Source: Candidatus Microgenomates bacterium (lineage in GTDB: Bacteria > Patescibacteriota > Microgenomatia > UBA8517). Taken from it: DNA of 64,000 bases. Made by a program: the position numbers and the translations under genes. Shown here in pieces: positions 19,131 to 29,116 of the stretch (position 1 is the stretch's first letter; the number at the start of each line of letters is the position of its first letter). The stretch is taken from NCBI GenBank assembly GCA_049523135.1, contig JBEKNE010000001.1, positions 391,009-455,008 of the forward strand, in the 5' to 3' direction. Under the pieces are notes generated by a model that made no database searches, had not been told where the DNA came from, and saw only the letters and a list, made by a program, of their open reading frames with translations.

Positions 19131-19568
19131 ATGTTTGTTGGAACATATTTAGTCAGTGTGACTTCAGGAAAGAGAACCTCTGTCCCCTCAGTTTTCCGTT
19201 CGAAACTAGGAAAATCGGCAATTTTAGCCAGATGGTATGAGGGCTGTCTTGTTCTGGTGGGGACTGACAGCTGGAATGCACTTTTAGAACGAACAACAGG
19301 AGGAGAGCGGATGATTGTTGAACCGGTCAGACAAACTGAACATTTCATATACGCTTCGGCTTTTGAAGTTGAAGCTGACGATCAGGGAAGGATAGTTTTG
19401 CCCGAGAGGCTTATCACATACGCCAATTTGGGTTCGCAGGTTTATTTTTTGGGAGTCGGGGACAGGATTGAAATTTGGAATAAAGAAGCTTGGGAGAAGA
19501 AAGAAGCTGAAGTGGCAGCCGACGCAGCAAGCTATATAGAAAGAATAGCTACGAAAAATGGAAGGTAA
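19131..19568 (+). CDS. mraZ: Transcriptional regulator MraZ
   Basis: MFVG.Y....KR.SVP..FR, D.QGRI.LP, G.GDRIEIW. Confidence 0.93.
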   Translation: MFVGTYLVSVTSGKRTSVPSVFRSKLGKSAILARWYEGCLVLVGTDSWNALLERTTGGERMIVEPVRQTEHFIYASAFEVEADDQGRIVLPERLITYANLGSQVYFLGVGDRIEIWNKEAWEKKEAEVAADAASYIERIATKNGR

Positions 19569-20463
19569 TTTGCACGAATCAGTACTGATAGAAGAAGTGA
19601 TTGAGGCTTTGCACATTGAAAAAGATCATAAATATGTAGATGCAACTCTAGGTAACGGAGGGCACGCTTTGGAAATTTTAAGAAGAGGGGGAAGTGTACT
19701 GGGAATTGATCTGGATCCAAAGATGCTTGAAATTACTGAAGAACGTCTCAAGGAAGCCGGAGAAAAGAATTTCAGATTGGCTAACGGCAACTTTACTGAG
19801 ATTGGGAAATTTGTTACCGAAAACGATTGGGACAATGTAGACGGAATTCTTTTTGACCTGGGAGTCACAAACTTGCACTTAAAGGATTTACAAAGAGGTT
19901 TTTCTTTTGAAAATCCCGACGCACTCCTTGATATGAGAATAAATCCGGATTCTCAAGGTGTGAAAGGGTCGGATCTGTTAAATGTATTAAGGGAAGACCA
20001 ACTTGAAGACCTTTTTGAGGTAACGCTTGAACCGGGAGCTGCAAAATGGATTAGCGGGCGAGTAATACACTCAAGAGCGGAAAAACCGATTTCGGTAGTT
20101 GGAGATCTGCTGGAGATTTCGAGAGGTTTAAAAACGGGAAAAATCGGGTTAAACGAAGCAACTTTACCTTTTTTGGCTCTGAGAATTGCGGTCAACAGCG
20201 AACTGACCAATTTAGAAGAAGTATTACCAAAAGCTTTCGATTTATTAAATAAGAAAGGAAGGCTTGTGGTAATAAGTTTTCATTCAAGAGAGGATGCAAT
20301 AGTTAAAAATTTTTTCAAAGAGAAGGCGTTGGAGGGAGCCAGAATAATAACATTTAGGCCAATTAAAGCGGGGAACAAAGAAATGGATATAAATAAAAGG
20401 GCAAGAAGCGCAAAGATGCGGGTCTTGGAAAAAGTTTATGAAAAACCTAATCAGAAAGAATAA
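19558..20463 (+). CDS. rsmH: 16S rRNA m4C1402 methyltransferase
   Basis: H.SVL..E, DATLG.GGH, FDLGV, RGFSF, LDMR, ALRIAVN.EL, ISFHS.ED, RARSAK. Confidence 0.95.
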   Translation: MEGNLHESVLIEEVIEALHIEKDHKYVDATLGNGGHALEILRRGGSVLGIDLDPKMLEITEERLKEAGEKNFRLANGNFTEIGKFVTENDWDNVDGILFDLGVTNLHLKDLQRGFSFENPDALLDMRINPDSQGVKGSDLLNVLREDQLEDLFEVTLEPGAAKWISGRVIHSRAEKPISVVGDLLEISRGLKTGKIGLNEATLPFLALRIAVNSELTNLEEVLPKAFDLLNKKGRLVVISFHSREDAIVKNFFKEKALEGARIITFRPIKAGNKEMDINKRARSAKMRVLEKVYEKPNQKE

Positions 20464-20764
20464 AAATATAAAAAATAATAGTACTTCTTTGGGAATTAAG
20501 AAGTATATTTTAATTGGTGTTTGCGGAATTTTGGCAATTTCATCAATTTTTATGACATTGGAAACTGCAACTTCGAGTGTTGAAGTTGCAAGTTTAATGA
20601 CAAAAGAAAATGATTTATCCTCCCAAAAGAGAGATTTGGAGGACACCTTGGTAAAGTCGCTTTCCGTTAATTCACTTCAACAAGAAAGCAGCGGACTCGG
20701 GTTCGAAAAGCCGACAGTTCTCGTTTATGCTGATGAATCTCAGCCGGTTGCAAAACTTCCTTAG
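20438..20764 (+). CDS. ftsL: Cell division protein FtsL-like
   Basis: Lies between rsmH and ftsI; short basic N-terminus, one TM, coiled coil, LGF..P. Confidence 0.6.
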   Translation: MKNLIRKNKNIKNNSTSLGIKKYILIGVCGILAISSIFMTLETATSSVEVASLMTKENDLSSQKRDLEDTLVKSLSVNSLQQESSGLGFEKPTVLVYADESQPVAKLP

Positions 20765-20770
20765 TTAAAA

Positions 20771-22486
20771 ATGCCCACAAAGATACGTATACTTACGGCA
20801 ATTTTTTTAATATTGTTTTTGGCTTTGATAGTTAGACTGTTTTATTGGCAGGTGATTATGGGAAGTGATCTTTCGAGTCAAGCCAAGAATCAGTATGCCG
20901 CCTCGACGGTTACATCAGCTCCCCGCGGGAATATTTTAGCTTCAGACGGTACCCCATGGGTTGCAAGGACCCAAGCGTGGCAAATTTATGTAAATCCTCA
21001 TCAAATTACGGATACTCCGGTAAGTATTGCGGCGAAACTTGCTCCTTTACTGGTGGTTGATCCGACTGATAAGACAGCACTTTTGACGGAGGAAGAGCAA
21101 ATTCAAGGTCTTTTGTCTAAGGATGCCAACTGGGTTTCGATTCAGTCTAAAGTTTCCGACAGCGTTAAGAAAAATATTGAGGCTTTGGGAATTCAGGGGA
21201 TCGGGTTTGATAGCCAAGAAGCTTCCTATTACCCCGAAGCCTCTTCTGCGGCTCAGCTTTTGGGTTTTGTCGGAAAAGATGCCGACGGGAACGACATTGG
21301 ATATTTTGGGCTCGAGGGATATTACAATCTGCCCCTAATGGGTAAGCCCGGTTTTGTCGGAGGGGAAAAAGATGCTTTGGGTTCGCCGATTCTTCTTAGT
21401 GGAGGAACACAGATTTCTGCCGTTTCGGGAGTGGACCTTAATACAAATATCGATAAAAGAATACAGAACGTGATTGAAACAGAACTTGCAAACGGTATTC
21501 AGAAATACGGAGCGTCCGGAGGAAGCGTAACAATAATGGATCCAAAAACCGGTAGGGTTTTGGCAATGACAAGTTTACCGTCTTTTGATCCTGCAAATTA
21601 TTCTCAATATAGTGACTCTCTATTCAAAAACCCTGTAATTACCGATACATTTGAGCCGGGGTCCATATTTAAGCCCATTATAATGGTATCGGCTCTTGAT
21701 GCCGGACTGGTAACCCCAGATACGGAGTGTGATATTTGCAACGGTCCGCTCAAGGTTGATAAATATTTAATAGAGACTTGGAATAATGTTTATCATCCGG
21801 GCAGTTCCATGACGGATGTTATTGTCAACTCGGACAATGTAGGGATGTCGTTTGTTGGCCAGAAATTGGGAGCAGACAATCTCTATGACTACCTGACTAA
21901 ATTCGGAATAGGACAAAAAACAGGAATTGACCTGCAGGGTGAAGTAGCCCCGAAACTTAGAGATAAAGGAACCTGGAGTGACGTTGATCTGGCTACGGCA
22001 AGTTTTGGTCAAGGAGTTGCCGTCACGGGTATTGAGATGGTACGGGCGGTTTCCGCAATTGCCAATGGGGGTTATCTTGTTACACCGCGGGTTGTAGATT
22101 CCGTGAGCGGTGACGGCTGGCAAGAGGAGGTAAAGACCGATACCCCAATAAGAATTATAAGCCAGCAGGCGGCTCAGGAGACTACACAAATGATGGTTGA
22201 TGCAGCCAACTACGGTGAAGCTAAATGGTGCAGAATCCCCGGTTTTAGTGTTGCCGGCAAAACCGGAACTGCCCAGATTCCCGTTGCGGGGCATTACGAC
22301 CCGACCAATACAAACCACTCTTTTATTGGTTTTGCTCCGGCAAATAATCCTAAATTTGTCATGCTTGTAACTTTAAAATCCCCCACATCTTCTCAGTGGG
22401 CGGCTGAAACAGCAGCCCCCCTTTGGTATGCAATTGCTAAGGATCTGTTTCCGTATATGGGTGTTGAGCCCGACAGCAGTTTTTGA
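20771..22486 (+). CDS. ftsI: Class B penicillin-binding protein (FtsI/PBP3)
   Basis: RG.I, SxxK (GSIFK), SDN and KTG motifs; N-terminal TM. Confidence 0.92.
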   Translation: MPTKIRILTAIFLILFLALIVRLFYWQVIMGSDLSSQAKNQYAASTVTSAPRGNILASDGTPWVARTQAWQIYVNPHQITDTPVSIAAKLAPLLVVDPTDKTALLTEEEQIQGLLSKDANWVSIQSKVSDSVKKNIEALGIQGIGFDSQEASYYPEASSAAQLLGFVGKDADGNDIGYFGLEGYYNLPLMGKPGFVGGEKDALGSPILLSGGTQISAVSGVDLNTNIDKRIQNVIETELANGIQKYGASGGSVTIMDPKTGRVLAMTSLPSFDPANYSQYSDSLFKNPVITDTFEPGSIFKPIIMVSALDAGLVTPDTECDICNGPLKVDKYLIETWNNVYHPGSSMTDVIVNSDNVGMSFVGQKLGADNLYDYLTKFGIGQKTGIDLQGEVAPKLRDKGTWSDVDLATASFGQGVAVTGIEMVRAVSAIANGGYLVTPRVVDSVSGDGWQEEVKTDTPIRIISQQAAQETTQMMVDAANYGEAKWCRIPGFSVAGKTGTAQIPVAGHYDPTNTNHSFIGFAPANNPKFVMLVTLKSPTSSQWAAETAAPLWYAIAKDLFPYMGVEPDSSF

Positions 22487-22522
22487 TAATTATCTAGTTA
22501 AAAATGGTACAATAACAATCAG

Positions 22523-23788
22523 ATGTCAAAATTTATTATCACGGGAGGGAAAAAGCTTGAGGGCAAAATTAGCCTTTCAGGTAATAAAAACTCAGCCTTG
22601 AAGCTGATCCCCGCAGCACTTTTGGCCGATTCTCCTTCAATTTTAACAAATGTACCCGATATTTCCGATGTTTCCGTAATGCTTGAACTCATTAGTAGGC
22701 TTGGAGTCAAAGTTCAGTATAAAGACCACACGGTTACAATTGATCCCAGAGGTTTAAATTCATTTGACCTTGATCCTGACTTGTCGGCAAAGTTCAGAGC
22801 CTCGGTGGTTTTAGCAGCACCCTTACTTGTTAAATTCGGTAAAGCTATAGTTACGCCGCCGGGAGGGGATCAAATTGGTGAACGTTTACTTGATACTCAT
22901 TTTGCCATGATGCAGAAAATGGGAGTTGAGATTAGACGGGAAGACGGCAGATATTTTTTGGATTGGAAAAAGCGCAAATCTACGGATATTTTTCTTGATG
23001 AGCCTTCAGTGACAGCAACGGAAATGGGACTTATGATGGCTGCCTCAATGCCTTCGAAAATGAAGATTGACGATGCGGCTACGGAACCTCATGTAACTGA
23101 TTTGGCAAATTTTTTGACCAAAATGGGAGCAAAAATAGACGGAATAGGATCAAATGTTTTGACTATTTCCGGCGGAAAACTTAGCGGTACCGAGCATAGA
23201 GTTTGCCCGGACCATATCGAGGGCGGCACTTTTGCAATCGCTGCGTCCATAACAGGGGGAAAAGTTGAAATAGAAGATTTTAAAGCTAAAGAGTGCCCGA
23301 TGATTCTAAATTATCTTTCATATATGGGTGTTAATTTTAAGGCTTCGGAAAATTCACTGACGGTTTTGCCTTCAAAATTGGTTGCCTCAAGGCCGAAGTT
23401 TCAAACAAGACCGTGGCCGGGTTTTCCGACCGACCTAATGAGTCCTTTTATTGTCCTGGCTACACAAACCCAAGGAACCGTTCTCTGCCATGATTGGATG
23501 TATGAGTGGAGAATGTTTTTTGTCGATGATTTGATTTCGATGGGAGCAAAAATATTTATTGCCGACCCTCACAGGGTTATAGTCAGCGGTCCGACACCGC
23601 TTCTGAGCGACAGGCTTTTCTGCAAGGATATAAGAGCCGGAATTTCCGTGATCTTGGCGGCACTTGTTGCGCAAGGCAGAAGTGAGATTGAAAATGTTGA
23701 GGTTGTAGCCAGGGGATATGAGAATATTGATGAAAGATTGAAATCTCTGGGGGCAGAGATTGTCCGTATAGATGATACTAAAAAATAA
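22523..23788 (+). CDS. murA: UDP-N-acetylglucosamine 1-carboxyvinyltransferase (Asp variant at the active-site Cys)
   Basis: G.KNSAL, RAS, PGGDQIG.R, SVTATE, PWPGFPTD, DIRAG, RGYE. Confidence 0.95.
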   Translation: MSKFIITGGKKLEGKISLSGNKNSALKLIPAALLADSPSILTNVPDISDVSVMLELISRLGVKVQYKDHTVTIDPRGLNSFDLDPDLSAKFRASVVLAAPLLVKFGKAIVTPPGGDQIGERLLDTHFAMMQKMGVEIRREDGRYFLDWKKRKSTDIFLDEPSVTATEMGLMMAASMPSKMKIDDAATEPHVTDLANFLTKMGAKIDGIGSNVLTISGGKLSGTEHRVCPDHIEGGTFAIAASITGGKVEIEDFKAKECPMILNYLSYMGVNFKASENSLTVLPSKLVASRPKFQTRPWPGFPTDLMSPFIVLATQTQGTVLCHDWMYEWRMFFVDDLISMGAKIFIADPHRVIVSGPTPLLSDRLFCKDIRAGISVILAALVAQGRSEIENVEVVARGYENIDERLKSLGAEIVRIDDTKK

Positions 23789-24785
23789 ATATAGACAAAA
23801 GATAGTTACTTTTGGCGGAAAAACAGGCCATTTTCAGCTTCTCAACGGTCTTAAAAAATATAATGATACCTCTCTAATTACCGCTGTTGTCGGAACGTGG
23901 GATAGCGGTGGCAACTCAGGAGTTTTAAGAAGCGAATTGGGAGTTCTTCCTCCGGGGGATATCAGAGCCTGTCTTTTGGCTTTAATGGAAGATGAGGAAC
24001 AACAGCGTATTGCTCAGAGGCTTTTTGATGACAGGTTAAAAGAAGTTGCGGGACCTCTTAAAGGCAATTCTATAGGAAATTTAATCGGTGTCAGGCTTGA
24101 TCATATTTTTCACGGACAGGACAGAGGAACCGATGCCGAAAGATCACTTTTTAGAATTAGGGCGCAGGTTTTACCCGCCACGATGACTGATTTAAATTTG
24201 ATTGGCCATACGTTAAAAGGAATTGAAATAGATGGAGAGGGCAATATTGACTGCAGAAGAGAAAGAAATGATTTTGACCCCAAGGACAGAATAGTAAGGA
24301 TATTTTTTACAACTCATGCGGACACAAACCCCAGGGTAATTAAAGCCATTAAAAGTGCAGATAAGATAGTTTTTGCTCCCGGAGATCTTTTTACAAGTAT
24401 TTTGCCGCATCTTTTGGTGGACGGTGTGGCTGAAGCTATTCAGAAATCAAAGGCTAAGGTTTATTTTATTATGAATCTGACTACAAAGAGCGGAGAAACC
24501 GACAGTTTTAAAGCCTCCGATTACATAAAAAATTTTGTATATTATTTAGGAAATAAAAATAGACTTAATTTTATTATTGCCAATAAAGGTGTTTTTGATA
24601 AAGAAGTTGTAAAACTTTATGAAGGCGAAGGTAAAGAGGCTGTAAAAATCGATGAAAAGGAATGTAAAAAGATAGCTCCCAAAGCTAAAATTATCAGACA
24701 AAAATTGGGGGAGTATCTAAAAAAGGACCACCTTCTGAGGCATAACCCCGAGGCTCTTGCTCTTAGTATTCTTAGGAGTTCCTGA
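23772..24785 (+). CDS. yvcK: YvcK/GlmR (CofD-like) UDP-GlcNAc-binding protein
   Basis: GGKTG (GGGTG-like), DSGG.SG.LR.ELG.LPPGDIR.CL.AL, GN.IGNL, PG.LFTSILP.L. Confidence 0.88.
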   Translation: MILKNKYRQKIVTFGGKTGHFQLLNGLKKYNDTSLITAVVGTWDSGGNSGVLRSELGVLPPGDIRACLLALMEDEEQQRIAQRLFDDRLKEVAGPLKGNSIGNLIGVRLDHIFHGQDRGTDAERSLFRIRAQVLPATMTDLNLIGHTLKGIEIDGEGNIDCRRERNDFDPKDRIVRIFFTTHADTNPRVIKAIKSADKIVFAPGDLFTSILPHLLVDGVAEAIQKSKAKVYFIMNLTTKSGETDSFKASDYIKNFVYYLGNKNRLNFIIANKGVFDKEVVKLYEGEGKEAVKIDEKECKKIAPKAKIIRQKLGEYLKKDHLLRHNPEALALSILRSS

Positions 24786-24824
24786 TTGGAGGCCAAAACC
24801 TCGTTCCTTTGGTATAATACAAGT

Positions 24825-26846
24825 ATGACTAAGGCTATTAATAAACTTTTGAGAGGTGCAAAAGGTATAACCGATGATTCTAGAAAAGTTGAAGAAGGGT
24901 TTATTTTTGTGGCTGTTAAAGGCAACGTGTCCGACGGTCACGACTATATAAACGAGGCAGTCCATAGAGGAGCAAGAGCGGTTGTGGGGGAAAAAGCCGT
25001 AAAGGGACTGCCTGTTGCCTATTATAAAGTTACCGATTCCAGGCAAGCCTTGGGGGAATTGGCTTCGGAATATTACGGTAATCCATCCGGTAAGCTCAAG
25101 ATAGTTGGTGTTACCGGAACAAAGGGTAAAACCACAACCTGCTACCTTATTCACCATATCTTGACTAAGCTTGGCAGAAAAACCGGATTGATAACTTCGA
25201 TAGCTGCCAAGATAGGGGATACGGAAATTGATACCGGATTCCACGTCACAAGCCCGGACGTTATATCGCTTCATAAACTTTTGTCTGAAATGGTAAACGC
25301 GGGATCGGAATATGTGGTTATCGAAGTCAGTTCACACGGAATTGATCAGAAAAGAATAGCCGGAGTGAAATTTGATGTCGGAGTTTTGACCAACATTGCA
25401 CCGGAACATTTGGATTACCACAAGACTTTTACCGAATATAAAAGAGTTAAAATGTCTTTTATAAATTCTTGTAAGAATAAGGTTATTGCCCCGAGCGATA
25501 CAAATTTGGAACTGCTGCCCGGAAAATTTAATAATTTGGATGCCGAAGCTGCAATTATGGCTGTTAGCTTTTTCGGAATCGATAGGAAAGAGGCAATCGA
25601 GTCAATAAAGTCATTTAAGCTTCCGGAAGGCAGACTTAGTGAGATAAATAATAACTTGGGGATAAAAATTATAGTTGATTTTGCTCATACTCCGGAATCC
25701 CTTGAGGCGGTTCTTTCTTATTTAAAAGGTATTACAGAAGGAAAGTTAATATCTGTCTTTGGTTGTGCGGGGGAAAGGGATCCGAGAAAAAGATTTAAGA
25801 TGGGTAAAATTTCTTCAAAATTGAGCGACATCTCTATTTTTACTGCGGAAGATCCGAGAAGCGAAAATATTTTCAAGATTTTGTCAAAAATGGCAAGCGG
25901 TGCCCGATCTGCCGGAGGGAAAGAAGACGAAGATTTCTTTAGAATCGCCGAAAGAGGCGAAGCTATCGCTTATGCGCTTTCAATTTGTAGAAGAGGAGAT
26001 ACGGTTGTGGTTTTGGGAAAAGGACACGAAAAGAGTATGGCTTATGGAGGATATGAGCATCCTTGGAATGATGTAGAGGAAATCGAAAACTATTTAAATA
26101 GAAAGAAGAATATTTCGGCCATAATTTTAGCTGCAGGAAAAGGAACAAGGATGAAGTCAGATCTGCCCAAAGTTCTTCATCCTATTTGTGGGCGTCCGAT
26201 GATTGCTTATTCTTTACAAAATTTGAGAAGGGCAAAAATCGGAGAGATTGTCACAGTGGTTTCTTACCGAAAGAATATTGTTGTGAAGGAAATTGGAGGG
26301 GAAGTCAAGATTGCATTCCAGAAAAATTCCAGGGGTGGAACCGCTGATGCAATAAATGCGGGAGTCAGATTTGTTTCCGAAGGAATAGGAACAGTGGTCG
26401 TTATGTATGGAGACGATACCGCTTTTTATTCTCCAGGGACGATAAATAAAGTTATTGATTACCACAAGAGAACAAATGCAACATTAACATTTGTAACCCT
26501 GCTTAAGGATAATCCTTCGGGCTTAGGAAGGATCGTCAGGGGAACAAATGGAGATTTGGTAGCAATAGTTGAAGAAAAGGATACAACGCCCGATGAGAAG
26601 AGAATAAAAGAGATAAATGACGGAATGTATATTTTTGATAAAGAATTTCTAATGAAAAATATACCAAATGTTAAAAAGAATCCAATAACAGGGGAGTTGT
26701 ATGTTAACGAAGTAATAAAAATGGCAATAGATCAGAAAAAGAAAATCTCTATTTATAGATTACCGGATGCTCTTGAGTGGCAGGGAGTTAATACCCCCGA
26801 GGAGCTTGAAAATGCGAGAAAGATAATGGAGGAAAAATTGAAATGA
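24825..26846 (+). CDS. murE: MurE ligase fused to a C-terminal GlmU-type uridylyltransferase domain
   Basis: DSR.V, DGHDY, GTKGKTT, EVSSH, EHLDYH, DFAHTP, GC.GERD, GKGHE; then IILAAGKGTRMKSDLPKVLH, GRIVR, IVEEKD, GVNT; start at ATG 24825 after TGnTATAAT. Confidence 0.92.
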   Translation: MTKAINKLLRGAKGITDDSRKVEEGFIFVAVKGNVSDGHDYINEAVHRGARAVVGEKAVKGLPVAYYKVTDSRQALGELASEYYGNPSGKLKIVGVTGTKGKTTTCYLIHHILTKLGRKTGLITSIAAKIGDTEIDTGFHVTSPDVISLHKLLSEMVNAGSEYVVIEVSSHGIDQKRIAGVKFDVGVLTNIAPEHLDYHKTFTEYKRVKMSFINSCKNKVIAPSDTNLELLPGKFNNLDAEAAIMAVSFFGIDRKEAIESIKSFKLPEGRLSEINNNLGIKIIVDFAHTPESLEAVLSYLKGITEGKLISVFGCAGERDPRKRFKMGKISSKLSDISIFTAEDPRSENIFKILSKMASGARSAGGKEDEDFFRIAERGEAIAYALSICRRGDTVVVLGKGHEKSMAYGGYEHPWNDVEEIENYLNRKKNISAIILAAGKGTRMKSDLPKVLHPICGRPMIAYSLQNLRRAKIGEIVTVVSYRKNIVVKEIGGEVKIAFQKNSRGGTADAINAGVRFVSEGIGTVVVMYGDDTAFYSPGTINKVIDYHKRTNATLTFVTLLKDNPSGLGRIVRGTNGDLVAIVEEKDTTPDEKRIKEINDGMYIFDKEFLMKNIPNVKKNPITGELYVNEVIKMAIDQKKKISIYRLPDALEWQGVNTPEELENARKIMEEKLK

Positions 26847-28114
26847 AAGTTCACATGATGGGAATTGGCGGGAGCGGTATGTCAGGCGTTGCCAATTTAG
26901 CTTCAGAGATGGGTTATGAGGTGACCGGTTGTGATTTGGAAAGCCAAACTGCATATCAGAAGAATATATTCAAAGGCCACTCGCCTGAACATCTAAAAGG
27001 AATCGATCTTCTTGTTGTTACCCCTGCTGTTTATTATCAGAACAAGAAAAATGCGGAACTTATTGAAGGAGAAAAGAGGGGAATTGCCACAACTTGGGAA
27101 AAGTTTGTTGGTAATTATCTTGCTGTTGGCAAAAAGATGATTTGTATAGCAGGTACACACGGTAAGTCTACAACAACCGCAATGGCAGGGAGTCTTCTAA
27201 CCGATGCCGACCTTGATCCCCTTGTTGTCGTTGGAGCGAATGTGCCGTGGTGGAACGGAAACTCCAGATTTGGCAAAGGTGAATATTTTGTTGTCGAGGC
27301 AGACGAATTTAATAATAATTTTTTAAATTACTCACCTGAAATAATAATTTTAAATAATATTGAATTTGACCATCCGGATTTTTTCAAAGATGAGAAAGCG
27401 GTTTTTGAAAGTTTTAAGAAATTTATTGACTGTTTAACAGGAATGAAGATTTTGATTGTTAATAAAGATTCTCCGGGTGTCCAGAAGCTTTTAGGAATGA
27501 TAGATAAAAGTGATCTGGAAATAATCGAGTATTCTCCGGATAATGACAAATTGGGTTTTGATTTGTCTCTTCCTGGTAAACACAATATAGCAAACGCACT
27601 TGGAGTTGTTGCTTTAGGAAAACTCCTTGATATAAACGAAAGAATTATTAATAAATCTTTATCATCCTTTCCCGGAATCGGGAGAAGAATGGAGTTGATT
27701 GCGGATAAACATGGAATAAAAGTTTATGATGATTACGCTCACCACCCGACGGCTATTGCGGCAACCCTTCAGGCACTTCGCGAAAAATATCCGGCAAATC
27801 GAATTTTGGCAATCGACGAACCCCATGGTTTTGCCAGAACTAAAGCACTTTTGTCTTTATATAAAGATGCTTTCAAGGATGCCGACAAGTTAATGATAGG
27901 ACCAATTTTCAAAGCAAGAGATAGTGAAACTTTTGGTATGACACCTCAGATAGTTGCTGAAAAGGCACAAAATTCCGATTCAGTTGGTTATGATTCATTC
28001 GAAAAAATTAAATCAATATTACAAAAAGATATTAGGCCAAGCGATATAATCTTGGTTATGGGAGCCGGAAAAAGTTATTTGTGGGCGAGAGAGATTTCAA
28101 AATTAATTAAATGA
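26843..28114 (+). CDS. murC: UDP-N-acetylmuramate--L-alanine ligase
   Basis: GIGGSGMS, GTHGKSTTT, EADE, DHPD, DDYAHHPT, MGAG. Confidence 0.95.
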   Translation: MKVHMMGIGGSGMSGVANLASEMGYEVTGCDLESQTAYQKNIFKGHSPEHLKGIDLLVVTPAVYYQNKKNAELIEGEKRGIATTWEKFVGNYLAVGKKMICIAGTHGKSTTTAMAGSLLTDADLDPLVVVGANVPWWNGNSRFGKGEYFVVEADEFNNNFLNYSPEIIILNNIEFDHPDFFKDEKAVFESFKKFIDCLTGMKILIVNKDSPGVQKLLGMIDKSDLEIIEYSPDNDKLGFDLSLPGKHNIANALGVVALGKLLDINERIINKSLSSFPGIGRRMELIADKHGIKVYDDYAHHPTAIAATLQALREKYPANRILAIDEPHGFARTKALLSLYKDAFKDADKLMIGPIFKARDSETFGMTPQIVAEKAQNSDSVGYDSFEKIKSILQKDIRPSDIILVMGAGKSYLWAREISKLIK

Positions 28115-29112
28115 AAAAAATAACACAAAATAGTTTTAGAGATATTACCACGTTCCATTTAGGGGGAGAGATTGGATTTTATGTAGAAGTGGAAAATGCT
28201 GATGAAGTTAAATGGGCTATCAAAGAGGCTAAAAAAAGAAAATTAAAGATTTTTGTTCTCGGTGATGGTAGCGATGTTTTGGCATCGGATATGAATTTTG
28301 ATGATTTTGTTGTTAAGTACATTGGGAAAAAATATCATATTGATGATAATTGTATAACTGCAGAAGCCGGGATGAAGTGGGACGATTTAGTCGATTTATC
28401 GGTTGAAAATAATCTTCAAGGAATTGAGTGTCTATCTGGAATCCCCGGAACAGTGGGTGCTTCCCCGGTTCAAAATATCGGGGCTTATGGTCAGGAAATA
28501 GCTGATACATTTGTTAGCCTTACGGCTTATGACATTGAGAATGAAAAGTCCGTAACGTTTAATAAAGAAGATTGTAGGTTTGGGTATAGGGAAAGTATTT
28601 TTAAGGAAAAGTCACATTGGCAAAAATACATTATTGTTGATGTTACATTAAAATTTAACAAAAATGCCAAACTGAAGATTAATTACGAATCACTAAAAGG
28701 ATATGTCAAAGAAAACCCGACGCTAATTGATGTTCGTAATGCAGTTTTAGAAGTTAGAAAAACGAAGCTGGAGGATCCAAATAAAGTTGGTAATGCCGGC
28801 TCATTTTTTAAAAATCCGACAATTGATATCGAGCAAAAAGAAAAGCTGCAAAGTAAATACTCTGATATAAAGATCTTTCCTTTTGAAAATAAATTCAAAG
28901 TTTCAGCCGCATGGTTAATTGAGAAAGCCGGATGGAAAGGAAAAACGCATAAAGGTGTCGGCGTATCTCCCAAACACGCTTTAATTTTGATTAATGCAAG
29001 CGGAAAAGCAAAAGCCGAAGATGTCCTGGAACTTTCGGAAATGATTACTACCGATATTTACAAAAAGTTTGGAATTAAGTTGGAGAGGGAGGTACAGTTA
29101 ATTAATTTTTAA
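28111..29112 (+). CDS. murB: UDP-N-acetylmuramate dehydrogenase
   Basis: GIPGTVGA.PVQNIGAYG, FGYR.S.FK, NAGSFFKNP, KHAL.L.N, LE.EV. Confidence 0.95.
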   Translation: MKKITQNSFRDITTFHLGGEIGFYVEVENADEVKWAIKEAKKRKLKIFVLGDGSDVLASDMNFDDFVVKYIGKKYHIDDNCITAEAGMKWDDLVDLSVENNLQGIECLSGIPGTVGASPVQNIGAYGQEIADTFVSLTAYDIENEKSVTFNKEDCRFGYRESIFKEKSHWQKYIIVDVTLKFNKNAKLKINYESLKGYVKENPTLIDVRNAVLEVRKTKLEDPNKVGNAGSFFKNPTIDIEQKEKLQSKYSDIKIFPFENKFKVSAAWLIEKAGWKGKTHKGVGVSPKHALILINASGKAKAEDVLELSEMITTDIYKKFGIKLEREVQLINF

Positions 29113-29116
29113 AATT

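Noticed and set aside
21767-25274. Long antisense ORFs (21767-22318, 24717-25274; also 38959-39453 and 41324-41869)
   Set aside because: They are shadows of well-conserved + strand genes and have no motifs of their own
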